A model generated the notes under the pieces. The model did not search any database. It worked only from the letters and a program-made list of their open reading frames with translations, and was not told the DNA's origin. A stretch of 64,000 nt of DNA from Asterias rubens (taxonomy: Eukaryota). How positions within the stretch are numbered: position 1 is the first letter of the stretch; each line of letters starts with the position of its first letter. The position numbers and the translations under genes were made by a program. The stretch is taken from positions 5,642,001 to 5,706,000 of the forward strand of contig NC_047065.1 of assembly GCF_902459465.1 (NCBI RefSeq). The letters are read 5' to 3'. This document shows positions 11,570 to 23,344 of this stretch, one piece after another.

Positions 11570-11720
11570 AATCCATCGGTAGTCTAGTTGGTAAGACACT
11601 GCTCTAGAATCGCAAGGGTCGTGGGTTCGAATCCCACCCGAGTAAAATGCCTGTGATTTTTATTCACAGGACTCGGGAAAGTACTGAGTATACAGTGCTA
11701 ACACACATCGGTGTATTGAT
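11570..11720 (+). mobile_element. tRNA-derived SINE
   Basis: A-box-like TAGTCTAGTTGG and B-box GGTTCGAATCCC followed by a non-tRNA body. A homologous copy lies at ~3275-3362. Confidence 0.7.
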
Positions 11721-12793
11721 AAAAAAAAAAAAATTAATATTCTTTATCCCCGATGCAAATTTAACATCTCTTAAATCCATAAATAGTTGATTTACAGACA
11801 GAAATAAACTAGTTGCAGGTTTAGATTTTATGATATTATAATCAGATACTGAACAGTGTGCCACTCGGTAATAATGGGAAGTTGACACCAAGGACTGATC
11901 CTTCGCATGGGTCGGCAGAGGGGTTGATTATGGTCCCGAATACATAGATAAAAACGCAGTAAGCCTATCTACTGGATTGTAAAAGTTTATCTATTTTTAT
12001 TCTTCTCTGGGTCACATTCTTCCGGCCAGATTGTTCCCACCATTTTTTTTGCTCGACTCGTATGTCATTATTTTTAGATGTTATTTATTATATAGGGTCC
12101 TATATGACGTGGATGCAAGTTCGGAGAAGTTTTCAACTAGTGCGGGCTGATAGTCATATTATTAGTATTGCCACAAATCAAGCCTACTGTATGTAGTGTA
12201 GTCAGCAAGGAATTCACAAAGACGCAGAGAAGTTAGTTAACAGGATGCTATCATGTTCACTTCATGTCATGTAAAACAAGGTACCGTAAAAAGACAACTC
12301 TACCATCAAAGATGGCGTTACCCAAAAACTTGTATTTAACCAATTATAAGGACACAACACCCATGTAGTCAGGTACCAGGCAATCATCGACCTCCCCTGC
12401 ACAATCCCTTGACCCTTGACAATGTTTCTTGGCGTGTTAATATTGTGTGTGCCACGCTTTTTCAAACCACAGCACAAAACAATTTACAAACGTAACATCC
12501 TGGGAAATGACATTTTATGTTTTCTTTACTTCACTGCTGTGTGCCGTCTCCAAGTATCACAGGCTATCAACAATATTTGTTTGTGATGGCTATGGTGTGC
12601 GGTTGAGAACAAGTGCACGGTCCACCATTATTATAGGCCTACATAGACCTAATAATCGCAAAATAAAACTCGCTACGCGTGCGTTAGGCTTGGAATGAGC
12701 TGCATGCTGTTCTAATTCAAGTTCGATCGCTATAGCTAGACCAGCATGCACTCATTCAACAGTTAGCACTTGCACAACTTTGGGCGAAATCAG

Positions 12794-12980
12794 GGCCCAA
12801 TTTCATAGAGCTGCTAAGCACAAAAATTTGCTTAGCATGAAATGTTTTCCCTTGATAAAACAATACCTGTAACAAGCAATATGCAACAAATGAAAAACTG
12901 GTTGGTAATCCTATTTTTATCAAGGAAGAAATTTCATGCTAAGCAAATTTTTCTGCTTAGCGGCTCTATGAAATTGGGCC
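12794..12980. mobile_element. Harbinger-like MITE with CAG target-site duplication
   Basis: TIR GGCCCAATTTCATAGAGC / GCTCTATGAAATTGGGCC flanked by CAG at 12791-12793 and 12981-12983. Confidence 0.75.
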
Positions 12981-13283
12981 CAGGTATCAAGTAAGTTTGA
13001 CCATTGTTGGGACTAATAATTATTTTGTGTAAATACACGAGTGGTTTGATCTTTGGTCACCGGTTGAGCGTTTTCGCGTGTTGGGCATGGTTTTCGCGTG
13101 TTGAACTGCGGTAACGAGGCTGCTCAGACCAAACGGTAACCGACTTGTTGACTCGGTATGGCTGGGTTGGTGTCGCCAAAAACGCTGCACCCCGGGCATA
13201 TGGGATTTTTTTTTTAATAAAACAGCTTATTGCTCACTACTAATTAGACGGAGAAAAACCACTTCTCCAATCTAATAGTGAAT

Positions 13284-14421
13284 TCAAAATTCTTTCATAC
13301 GTCTTGAAGTCTTTTTCGAATGCGTCTTATCTTGCCTAGTGGGATCATACTGAAGAAATTTATTTCCCCCATGGCGACTGTTTGTTGACATCATCACTAT
13401 AACCGAACGTCTCAATAAGTCTTCAACATCCCCAGCGATAGCTCTCAGCGGCGTGCTGCTCAAAAACCGTTTGTACGGTTTGCCGTCGTAGCTGATCAGA
13501 AACTTCTCAAAGTTCCAGCGGACATCCGGAGCCTTGGGCGGGAGCAGTTTCCCTCGCAGTGACCTGATGGTGGCCGAAGGCTCGTCACTCCAGCCCGGGA
13601 GCCTCTGCTTCAGGTACTCGAAGACCGGGTGAGACCGCGGGCCGTTCACTTCGCACTTGCCCATCAGATGGAACTTTGGTGCGAATCCCCGGCCGGGACG
13701 GACGTGAGACATGCACAATGGTATCTCGTGGTTGTGCCAGGGTTCTTTGTTACCAAACTGGTCGCAAGGGAAGGCGAGAATGCTCAAGCCACGACAGTCG
13801 TACGCGGACACAAACTCATTCATCTGTATAATAAATATTTTAAAAAAATATAACAAATGCAGAGTACCAACATTTCTTAAAGCTGTTTTAAAACAGAAAA
13901 ACAACTCAAATTGGCAAAAATGTCTTTGCTGAGTATTAATTGAGTGGTGCTCCAGTCGCAATAAGTTTGACTGGTATGTGATAGACAGTATTATGTGCTT
14001 CGCAAGTTTTTTTGCTTATGAACAGGCCTTCTGAAAGCAGACCCTGTTCTCAAAACGGAATATTTTATAATAGACCTCTCCCCACCTGTGTGAATTCCCT
14101 GGTAGCCTGCTCGTCTCCAGTTGCCATGCACATCACCAGCACCACCCGCCCCTCGAACCGGGAAAACTGCACCATCTTCCCGTTCACGTCCAGGGCAGAC
14201 AGCTCGTAGAAAGACCTCACCAGTGAAACTGGAACCAACGAACCACTGGACACGAAGTACCCTTCTTCGTCTTCCAGGACGGTCCGCGACACCGAGTCGT
14301 CTAAACACCCCTGCCGGTTGGTTTTAAGATCATGAGTCACAGCGTTTGAATTTATAGTCGACCGTAGTGATTCAACCGCTCCCTTTTTAACCTGATCACG
14401 CTGGACACTTTTCCCTGCCAT
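13284..14421 (-). CDS. Glutathione peroxidase-like protein (GPx1/2-type fold) lacking the catalytic Sec/Cys; exons 14421-14086 and 13823-13284; 291 aa
   Basis: Phase-0 intron (CAG|GTGGGG at 14085; CAG|ATG at 13823). Motifs SFYELSALDVNG, FPCDQFG, HVRPGRGFAPKF, KCEVNG and WNFEKFL align ungapped with GPx1. No stops or frameshifts. Confidence 0.92.
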
Positions 14422-15440
14422 TATTACTATTCAAGAGTTCTAATTCGTCGGTAACATTCGCCATACAATTTAACACATCATCCAGTTGAAGCTGCTCTTC
14501 GGTTCACATCAGCCTCTGGACCAAGCTTCAGAATGAAGCGCAGAAATGAGTACAAACGAGCTCCCAAAATTTACCACCGAAAACATTACTTATACTAAAG
14601 TCCATAATCAGTTGCACAATCTCCTATCAGAATCATAAACCAATGATTTCCATTAGTTATTTATAATGAATGGGCACTGACTGGTCACACTACACAAAAT
14701 AGTCCGTTTTCAAAGTACTCATCGCTCAATATATGTCATGTAGAAAAGAAGTATGAGATAGTTGTTGTATCGAGTATACTCTGCGGGTCAAGATATAGCA
14801 CACTTCATGTGCAGTGTGCACACAAAGATGCACCCGTTCCAACACTTATTTTGGTAACTACAATACCCCGTCCTGTGGCTAGCAACTGCTTATTATCTCG
14901 ACTGAGATTGTGTACGGTTAGCAACCCTATCATCCACACAGAGCCAGATATGGAATATTATGTTTAACCAGAGCGTGGCCCCCGGCTAGAAAGTCAATAT
15001 TGAGTTTGGAATAACATCAATAATTAAACCAATATAGAAGCTGTCGGGTATTGTTTGGGGAGCGTTCAAGTGCACTACTTAGAATGAGGCAATCTGATTT
15101 AACCGGATTTTCATTTGCAGACTGAATTAAACATAATTTATTTCACAATAACCAATGAAATGCATTAACCTTCTATATACTAGTTTTTAATGTAGACTAT
15201 GAAGTAAATGGAACGACAAACCGTACAACTATATAAGATTTATATACAATAAATTAAAACCATTTAACTATGATATAGAAGCAATCTAAAGGCATAAAAA
15301 AACATGATTTCGTTACGGTATATTTATGTTAAGATCATTCCATTTCCACGTCACGAATGTGTTACTTTTGTCGGTCACTGTGTTGTGACTCCTTTCATGA
15401 CTAAAAACAAAAAAAATGAACACATCAAATCCCATATTAA

Positions 15441-15814
15441 AGGCAGTGGACACTATTGGTATTTAGTCAAACTAATTATCAGCATAAAACCTCAATTGGT
15501 AACGAGTAATGGGGAGAGGTTGATTGTGAGAAACGGCTCCCTCTGAAGTGAAAGAGTAGTTTTCGAGAAAGAAGTAATTTTCCACGAATTTGGTATCGAG
15601 ACCTCAGAATTAGATTTTGAGGTCTCGAAATCAAGCATCTGATAGCACACCAATTACGTGTGACAACGGTGTTTTTCTGACATTATTATCTCGCATTTTC
15701 GACGACCAATATTGAGCTCAAATTTTCACGGGTTCATGCATAATTATGTTGAGATGCAGCAACCGGGAAGACTTGCCTATGACAGTTTGAAATTTGAAAT
15801 AGTGTCCAGTGTCT
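15441..15814. mobile_element. Kolobok-like MITE just downstream of the GST stop codon
   Basis: AGGCAGTGGACAC ... GTGTCCAGTGTCT with TTAA flanks. Confidence 0.75.
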
Positions 15815-15895
15815 TTAAGGGACATGTATAAAGGAAAATTTACAAAACTCATGGGTCCTGATGTGAGAAATGACCGAAACGTGTTTAATAGTACT

Positions 15896-18800
15896 TCATT
15901 TGGCAATGTTGTCGAGAGTGGGATACAGTATTCCAGCTCGAAGTTCGGATATAAACGCCACGTGGTTCTTGTGCACTTCGTCCCAGCACTCCTGCCGGCT
16001 CACCCTCTCCAACCAGTCAACAACCCGCGGCCAAAGACGCAGTGAGAACCCCAGCCACTCGGACTGCAGGATGACCGTAGCTACAACAGAGTCAGCGAAC
16101 GTCAGCGAATCTCCGCAGAGGAATTTAGCGGATGCCAGGTAGCGTTTCTCAAGGCGCTCGAGGTGTTTTAAGAGTTGTTTAATGCCAGTCTCGATGAGTG
16201 CTTCGTTGGCAGGTTCGGGTTGGAGTTGAAATTCTTCGAAGACCTGAGGGTAGGCGCACCGGTAACCTACTATTCTGAAATAATAAGTGAAAAGGCAAAC
16301 AGATGAATATACTTTAAACAATAAATGTAATAAAGGGAATATCGGCATCTGTTTTTAATAGTATGTAAATAAGCCCAAATTCAAAGACTTAAACCAACAA
16401 GTCGGAAAAGACTGGTCTCAAGAAAACAAATTACAACAACACAAGTTATCACTTTAGTTTATACGCAAGTTATCTTAAAGACACTGGACACTATTGGTAA
16501 TTTTGTTAAAGACACTTGGTGTATCTCAACATAAGCATAAAATAACAAACCTGTGACAATTTGAGCTCAAATTGGTCGTCGCAGTTGCAAGAAGAAAAAA
16601 AATGATGGAAAAAACACCCTTGTCACAGGTCTCAAATCAAATTCGTGGAAAATTACTTCCTTCTCGAAAACTACGTTACTTCAGAGGGAGCCGTTTGTCA
16701 CAATGTTTTATACTATCAACCTTTCCGCATTACTCGTTACTCTTTATGATTAGAGCTGCTAAGCACAAAAATTTGCTAAGCATGAAATTTCTTGGCCAAT
16801 AAAAACAGGACTACCAGCCAAATTTTCATTTGTTGCATGGTGCTTGTTAATACTGGTATTCAGCTTTTGTTAGCTTATCTTGAAAATCACATGGAAATTT
16901 GGTTGGCAAACCTGTTTTTATCAAGGAAGAAATGTCATGCTAAGCAAATTTGTGTGCTTAGTAGCTCTATGAAATTGGGCCCTGATGGTGGTATATAACG
17001 CCATATGGAAAAGTCTTACAATGTGTCCATGGGTGGATTTCACAAAGAGTTAGGACTAGTCTTAACTCGAGTTAGGACCAGTTACTCGTCCTAACTTAGG
17101 ACTATCCATGCAATTTGTTTATGTCCTAGGAATAGTCCTAAGTTAGGACCAGTCCTAACTCTTTGTGAAATCGACCCCAGGTCACATTATCGTTACCTGT
17201 GTAAATCGTTATGTGCCCAAGCGATCAGAGACTCCACCATCATTCGTTCTGATACAGTCACACCGTAGCCCTTGTAGTTTGTGTAGCGAGTCGAGAGATA
17301 ACGTATAATAGCCGGCCTGCAAATAAGAAGAGGGAAAGGTTAGTTTCGTTATGTTGATAAACAACAATATTAGCATAAAACAATACTTGGCAACGAGTTA
17401 TTGGGAGAGGTTGATAGTATGAAACATTGTGAGAAACGGCTCCCTCTGAAGTAACATAGTTTTCGAGAAAGAATTCTCCACGAATTTATTTCGAGACCTC
17501 AGAATTAGATTCTGATGTCACGAAATAAAGCATCTGAAAGCACACAACTTATGTGTAAAAAGGTTGTTTTGTCTTTCAATTATCTCGCATTTTTGACGAC
17601 CAATATATGAGCTCAAATTTTCACAGGTTTGTTATTGTATGCATGTAATTGAAATACACCAAGTGAGAAGACTGGTCTTTGAAAATTACCAATAGTGTCC
17701 AGTGTCTTTCTGAAATAATATTAAATGTAGAATGCAATTAATTTGGGCGCAGCGAGGTAGTGAGGTAGTGTCATGTTTTTTGTTAAGTACTGTTGATTAT
17801 CTTACCCTTCGAAGACGGTTACTTCTCCGTCAACCAATATTGGGACGTCCTGGTGTGGAAGACTACTTGGTAGTTCAGGCCTCCGCCCGTTGGAATCTAC
17901 CGGAGCAGCCGGATCAATATCCACCAGGGCATATGGGATCTTGTTCTGGAAATCAATTTTATTCACAACTGCTCAGTTTAAAATTCGTATTCCTCAATGC
18001 ATCTTACCACTTATTGTTCAAAAGTTTTAGTATGATCTAAAACACCCCGACAAACGCTAACTCTCTACCTGTGACAAAAAAAAAAGCAACCACCCCCATC
18101 GCACCATCTCCAATCATCTCGACAAAATTACCAAGAAACAAACAACAACATGCAAAAAATAAAAATTAATTTAAATGAAACAGAACCATCCGGTCATTAT
18201 AGCTGAACCTTGCAGAGCTAAACTGAGAATGATTTCATTTGTGAATGGTTTTGTAAAACATCTTTTTGCAAAGCATTTATTTAACTTGGACTATAAATTA
18301 GTTTAAAGGCAGTGGACACTATTGGTAATTGCCAAAGACTAGCCTTTGAGCTCAATCGCTCATCGAACTTGCGAGATAATAATGCAAGAAAAAAACACCC
18401 TTGTCACACTTCATTTCGAGACCTCAAGTTCTAAATCTGAGGTCTCGAAACCAAATTCGTAGAAAATTACTTTTTTTCTCAAAATCTGTGGCACTTCAGA
18501 GGAAGCCGTTTCTCACAATTTGTTATACCATCAACCTCTCCTCATTACTCGTCACCAAGAAAGGTTTTATGCTAATAATTATTTTAAGTGTTTACCAATT
18601 GTGTCCACTGCCTAATTGTGTCCAAGCAAACATCCAATGCCATGATCACTGATACACATTCAGTAAATTTTTGTCAAAACTTCTGGGTGTGTAACAAGCT
18701 CTTATATTAAATTTTCGATTGACGGTTTCAATTTGGAAGTAAGAGAAAGTATAGCGAGATATGACTTTCCATACTGCCGCCGCTGCGGTGGGCTATACTG

Positions 18801-21403
18801 ACCCATGGCAAACGCGCCCATTCTGGCCGCGATTTGGGGATTACACATGTAAAACGGTGGAATTTATTGCAAAAGTGTTGGAAATTGCCGCGCGCATTGT
18901 GCAAAAATACAGCCGCCGTGTTGCTGTGTGCTGGTGGTGGGGAAATAGCAGTACAAGTCCTAACAGGTTGGGTGATTATTTTGTTCAAACATCTTAACTT
19001 TCACCGATACCCTCGCTCTACTACTACGTTTAATAATAATGGCAAATAGCATGTTTGACCATCACTTGCCCCTCTTGTTTTATTTAACGGTGGGTCTGGT
19101 GTCCATGTCAATTCGACTTAAGATTAGCTTCACATTCTTTGACCATGCTTCGTTGCTTGGATGTGGAAGTTAATCTACTATAGGGGCCTACAAGAATAAT
19201 TGATTTATTGAGCAAATATTTGGTAGCACTGGGCGGTGTGATTTCTTGCAACACGAGCACTGAATCAATACGACAGTGCAGTGCATGGACACTATTATTA
19301 TTCGCAAAAATTTTGGTTGTTCAGGAGCTAGGCCAATATCTCATAGCCAGTAGACAATGGCGATGCCATCTTCATTGTGTCCCTATTGTTTGTACATTAC
19401 AGTAAAACCATCCGTCGGCCTTGATTTCACCAAAGCCTTTTTTCGAAACCATGGCTCGGGAGCTACGGCTCTGCCCAACCGTTGGAAGCTCCAACACACT
19501 TAACAACTACAACAACACACTTCTGTAACTTCTCCACACGTCCTAGCATCAATCTTTGAAGAAAAGAAAAATATGCCCCCTGGCCTCATGGTCAACTCCA
19601 AACAGCGGGAACCTTCACAAAACTGTGTCCCACTGTCAGTTGTTCTAGAAGATAATTCTCTCTGCCCAATAGACCATCCCTGTTATATCACACCTTTTCA
19701 CACATAGAGCCACAGAGCATGGACTTCACGCAAACATTATTTTTGTACAGTTTGAAGACAATTTTAAAGGCAGTGGACACTATTGGTAATTACTCAAAAT
19801 AATAACCAGCATAAAACCATACTTGGTGACGAGTACTGGCGAGCTGTTGGTAGTATAACACATTGTGAGATAGTTTTTGAGAAAGAAGTAATTTTCCATG
19901 AATTTGATTTCGAGACCTCAAAATTAGTGCACACAACTTCGTGGGACAAGGGTGTTTTTTCTTTCAACTTTATCTCGCAACTTCGAAGACCAATTTGAGC
20001 TAAGGCCAAATAAATAAATAAATAAATAAAATGATCGTCCCCGCCCGCATCCTTTTTGGGGGCCGCATCCTTTTTTTTTCTTCTTTTTTTTATACTATTT
20101 TTGTTCCATAACACAATATTAGTGAATGCCTACCAGTAAATCTTGTTAGTGTTATCCGACCCTGTTAGTGTCCTCATGCAACTAATAGGTATAATAAGTT
20201 TGCAGTTGATTCAAACTGAAGAATTGGTGGCCTGTTTGATTTTAAATACTAAGCGGCCATCTTGAAAAAGTAAATAATAAATAGTAAGGTCCTCATCCTC
20301 CTCTTTTTTTTTTTAATTCGGACGATCAACTGGTATTTTTTTTATATTTGGCCTAAAGTAAAAGTTCACAGGTTTGTAATTTATGCATATGTTGAGAACT
20401 GCATATGTTGAGAAGACTGGTTTTTGACTTAACCAGTGTCTGTAAAACATGATGGCGCTCGTTATATTATAATTTTTATTGTAGGTGAACAACTCAAAAC
20501 TTGTTCACCCGCTGCTTCTTACAACTCTTCCATGTGAAAATTATGATACAAAATGTAAACATTTCCCATATAGTTATTGTCTCGCCTGCTAGAATTGACC
20601 GAAAAAAACTATAAAATAATATGTAGGCCTATGTACAAAGTTAACAATTAAATAGAAACATCTTGAAAGGAAATTAAAGCAAACATTGAAGATTTAATAA
20701 ATTAAAATTGGGTACAAGAACAATCAAGCATGTATGACTGTGAACAAAATATTTAAAAAATATTTTAACTAGAAGGATACAATGGTCTATACTTGAATTT
20801 AAAGGCAGTGGACACTACTTGGTAATCATCATAAAACCTTTCTTGATATACGAATAATTGGGAGAGGTTGATAGTATAAAACATTGTGAGAAACAGCTCC
20901 CTCTGGAGTGGCGTAGTTGTCGAGAAAGACGTTATTTTCCACGAATTTGATTTCGAGACCTCAAGTTTAGATTTGAGGTCTCGAAGCGAAATCAAGCATC
21001 TGAAAGCACACAACTTCGTGTGACCTGGGTGTTGTTTTTTTCACTGTTATCTCGCAACTTTGACGACCGATTAAGCTAAAAATTTCACAGGTTTGTTATG
21101 CATGCATAACTATGTTGAGATACACCAACTGTGAAGACTAGTCTTTGACAATTACCAATAGTGTTCACAGTCTTTAATCATTGTATATTTCTAATAGATT
21201 TTTTTGAAACTGTGAAACCTTGAGACGTTTCTTACCTGCGCAAGATACAGCCAGACAGCCCTACAGGGCGGGGATAACCGTATTAAATATAAAGTGACTG
21301 GCTTATTATTGCCAGGCAGTACAGACGTGCCATTTGTGTCACCACTACCCGTTCCCGTAGAGCTGCTGGGTGAAGACCGAAACTTTCTAAACAGTGAGTC
21401 CAT
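15896..21403 (-). CDS. Glutathione S-transferase, theta/delta-like, the only complete copy; exons 21403-21236, 17945-17806, 17316-17197, 16274-15896; 268 aa
   Basis: E1 encodes MDSLF...LYLIRLSPPCRAVWLYLAQ, E2 NKIPYALV...VPILVDGEVTVFEG, E3 PAIIRYLSTRY...VESLIAWAHNDLHR, and E4 IVGYRCAYPQVF...FLCGDSLTFAD...WLERV. All junctions are GT-AG with phases 0, 2, 2, totalling 807 nt = 269 codons including the stop. Confidence 0.93.
16752..16981. mobile_element. Harbinger-like MITE (same family as 12794-12980), left end lost; contains the left breakpoint of the tandem array
   Basis: TAGAGCTGCTAAGCACAAAAATTTG ... GCTCTATGAAATTGGGCC-CTG. Confidence 0.7.
17031..17178. mobile_element. MITE with GGGTGGATTTCACAAAGAG termini (repeated in every array unit)
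   Basis: TIR GGGTGGATTTCACAAAGAGTTAGGACT / AGTCCTAACTCTTTGTGAAATCGACCC. Confidence 0.7.
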
Positions 21404-21957
21404 TGCGTGTGCCTCCCACTTCGAAACAGACCCGCAAGAGGAAAAAGAAACCTCCGTCTGCTGAGAGCTATCCAGCCGGCCACGTACAATCAAGGTTTAC
21501 CCTCCCATTGACTCATGCACTAGTGCTCAAAGACATTTCTTGATGATTTCTTTTCCAAGTTTGAAGAGTAAGAATCTCGATCGATGCGTGATTAAGGCTC
21601 TCCTTACAATACAATGAGATGTCTCTGCACAAGTGCTTTCTATAAACACAAGTCTCAATGCTTAATGATGCAACGACCATGACAACTTTGTCCTCGTCTC
21701 GTAGTTTACGTGACCTTTACTGTGGGTTAGCAAGGAACTGACTCCAAGAATTCGGGCTCGCTCATCACCTTTGACCCCATGTCAACATTCTGCCCCATTT
21801 TTTGTTTGGGAGTGCGCGCAAACTGAGCAAATTTGTTCAAACCCGAATCAAACATTTTACAATTAGACGGTATGGTGTAAGCCTTGTTTGAATAAAGGGA
21901 CTTGCGAAGTGATGAAGACAAACATTGAATAAGGAAATCAATGTGTAGTGAAGAGGA

Positions 21958-22070
21958 ATCAACTAGTGGTTTAATCCCAACGAGGCCTGGTTCTTGATAA
22001 TTTTACCGAGACGAAGTCGAGGTAAATTATAAAGAACCAGGCCTCGGCGGGTTAAACCCTATAGTTGAAA
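21958..22070. repeat. Hairpin/MITE-like inverted repeat (in every array unit)
   Basis: CGAGGCCTGGTTCTT..ATAATTT.ACC..GAC / GTCGAGGTAAATTAT..AAGAACCAGGCCTCG. Confidence 0.6.
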
Positions 22071-23344
22071 ACCGATTCAACACACTTTGATTCCAATTCA
22101 TAAATACCTTTTCGGTCAAAACACATCAACACCTTTGGTCAAAACGTAAAATAAATGCAAAAATTATAACTGTTCAATGACTTCTTTCAACACAACACCC
22201 CTCCAGCTATGAAATGGTATTAAAATAATGGTAAGGCCCTCCGCCGCCCTCGGGTAAACAAAATAAGGGAATGCTGTGCGCGTCGCGCGTATCGCGTGAT
22301 GTGGCACAACAACTGTCCTGGCCGTTGCTCTCGACCAATAGGAATGAACAAACTGTCTTATAAGCTCACGTGTCATGCCCGTGTTGTTAACACTTTTTAC
22401 TGGTCTTCAACAAAGGTTTATACACACCCACGTGACGGTCTCTCCACCAATAGGAATAGCGAAACTGTCAGAGGTATTTATGACTTCTCTTGCTGAGATA
22501 GTAGTGGTTTGAACTAAATTATCCATTATGTTTGACTAATGATCTTGACCTAACCATGATGTATAGAGAGGCGCAATTTTGTACCTGACTCTTCCTGGCA
22601 TATCCCAACGAAAAGATCGCACATAAATACAGGTCATTTCGACCCAAGACTGAAGCCGTCAGGCGCAGATCAAGGGGCGGGGGATGTACGCCCCTCCTAC
22701 TGTCAGGAAAAAAACAAACATTTTTTTTATTGAAATCGGAGGTTGAGCTATTGTGAAATTCACGTATTGGAGGGTGTCCAAAAGTCGTGTATCTCATCAT
22801 ACCGAGTTCCACCGTCAGGGACGTTGAATGAGTCTTGACTCAAGTCCTTTTATTTCCAGTCCAACTGCCTATTAAACGTCAGAAGAAAGGAAAAAACTGG
22901 TTTCTTAGTTATCATTGAATGGAGGTAGTTCCACCTTTCTCAACAATTTCACTGTTTTTCAGGTTAAACTTGTTTTTCGTGAAGGATTTTTTTGTATAAA
23001 GTGCGGGTATAAGTTTGGGATCACCACATGAAAATCACATGGAAATTTGGTTGGCAAACCTGTTTTTATCAAGGAAGAAATGTCATGCTAAGCAAATTTG
23101 TGTGCTTAGTAGCTCTATGAAATTGGGCCCTGATGGTGGTATATAACGCCATATGGAAAAGTCTTACAATGTGTCCATGGGTGGATTTCACAAAGAGTTA
23201 GGACTAGTCTTAACTCGAGTTAGGACCAGTTACTCGTCCTAACTTAGGACTATCCATGCAATTTGTTTATGTCCTAGGAATAGTCCTAAGTTAGGACCAG
23301 TCCTAACTCTTTGTGAAATCGACCCCAGGTCACATTATCGTTAC

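Noticed and set aside
13284-14421. Selenoprotein with UGA recoding
   Set aside because: There is no in-frame TGA at or near the catalytic position; the codon is GAC.
17031-17178. TTAGGA-rich tract resembling telomeric repeats or a CRISPR-like array
   Set aside because: The motifs are irregular, occur in both orientations and lie within MITE termini. There is no repeat-spacer periodicity, and the DNA is eukaryotic.
18720-19720. Short ORFs inside GST intron 1 (MTFHTAAAAV..., ...PHVLASIFEEKK...)
   Set aside because: They have no recognisable motifs or consistent splice phases. They recur only because of the tandem array.
21404-21493. Upstream extension MIVRGRLD... of GST exon 1
   Set aside because: The ORF-track start is TTG. 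The first in-frame ATG is at 21403.
22290-22500. CCAAT boxes and E-boxes as the GST promoter
   Set aside because: The same CTCTCCACCAATAGG..GAAACTGTC..GGTATTTATGA block recurs at ~56450-56495 in an intron, so it is a dispersed repeat and not specific promoter evidence.
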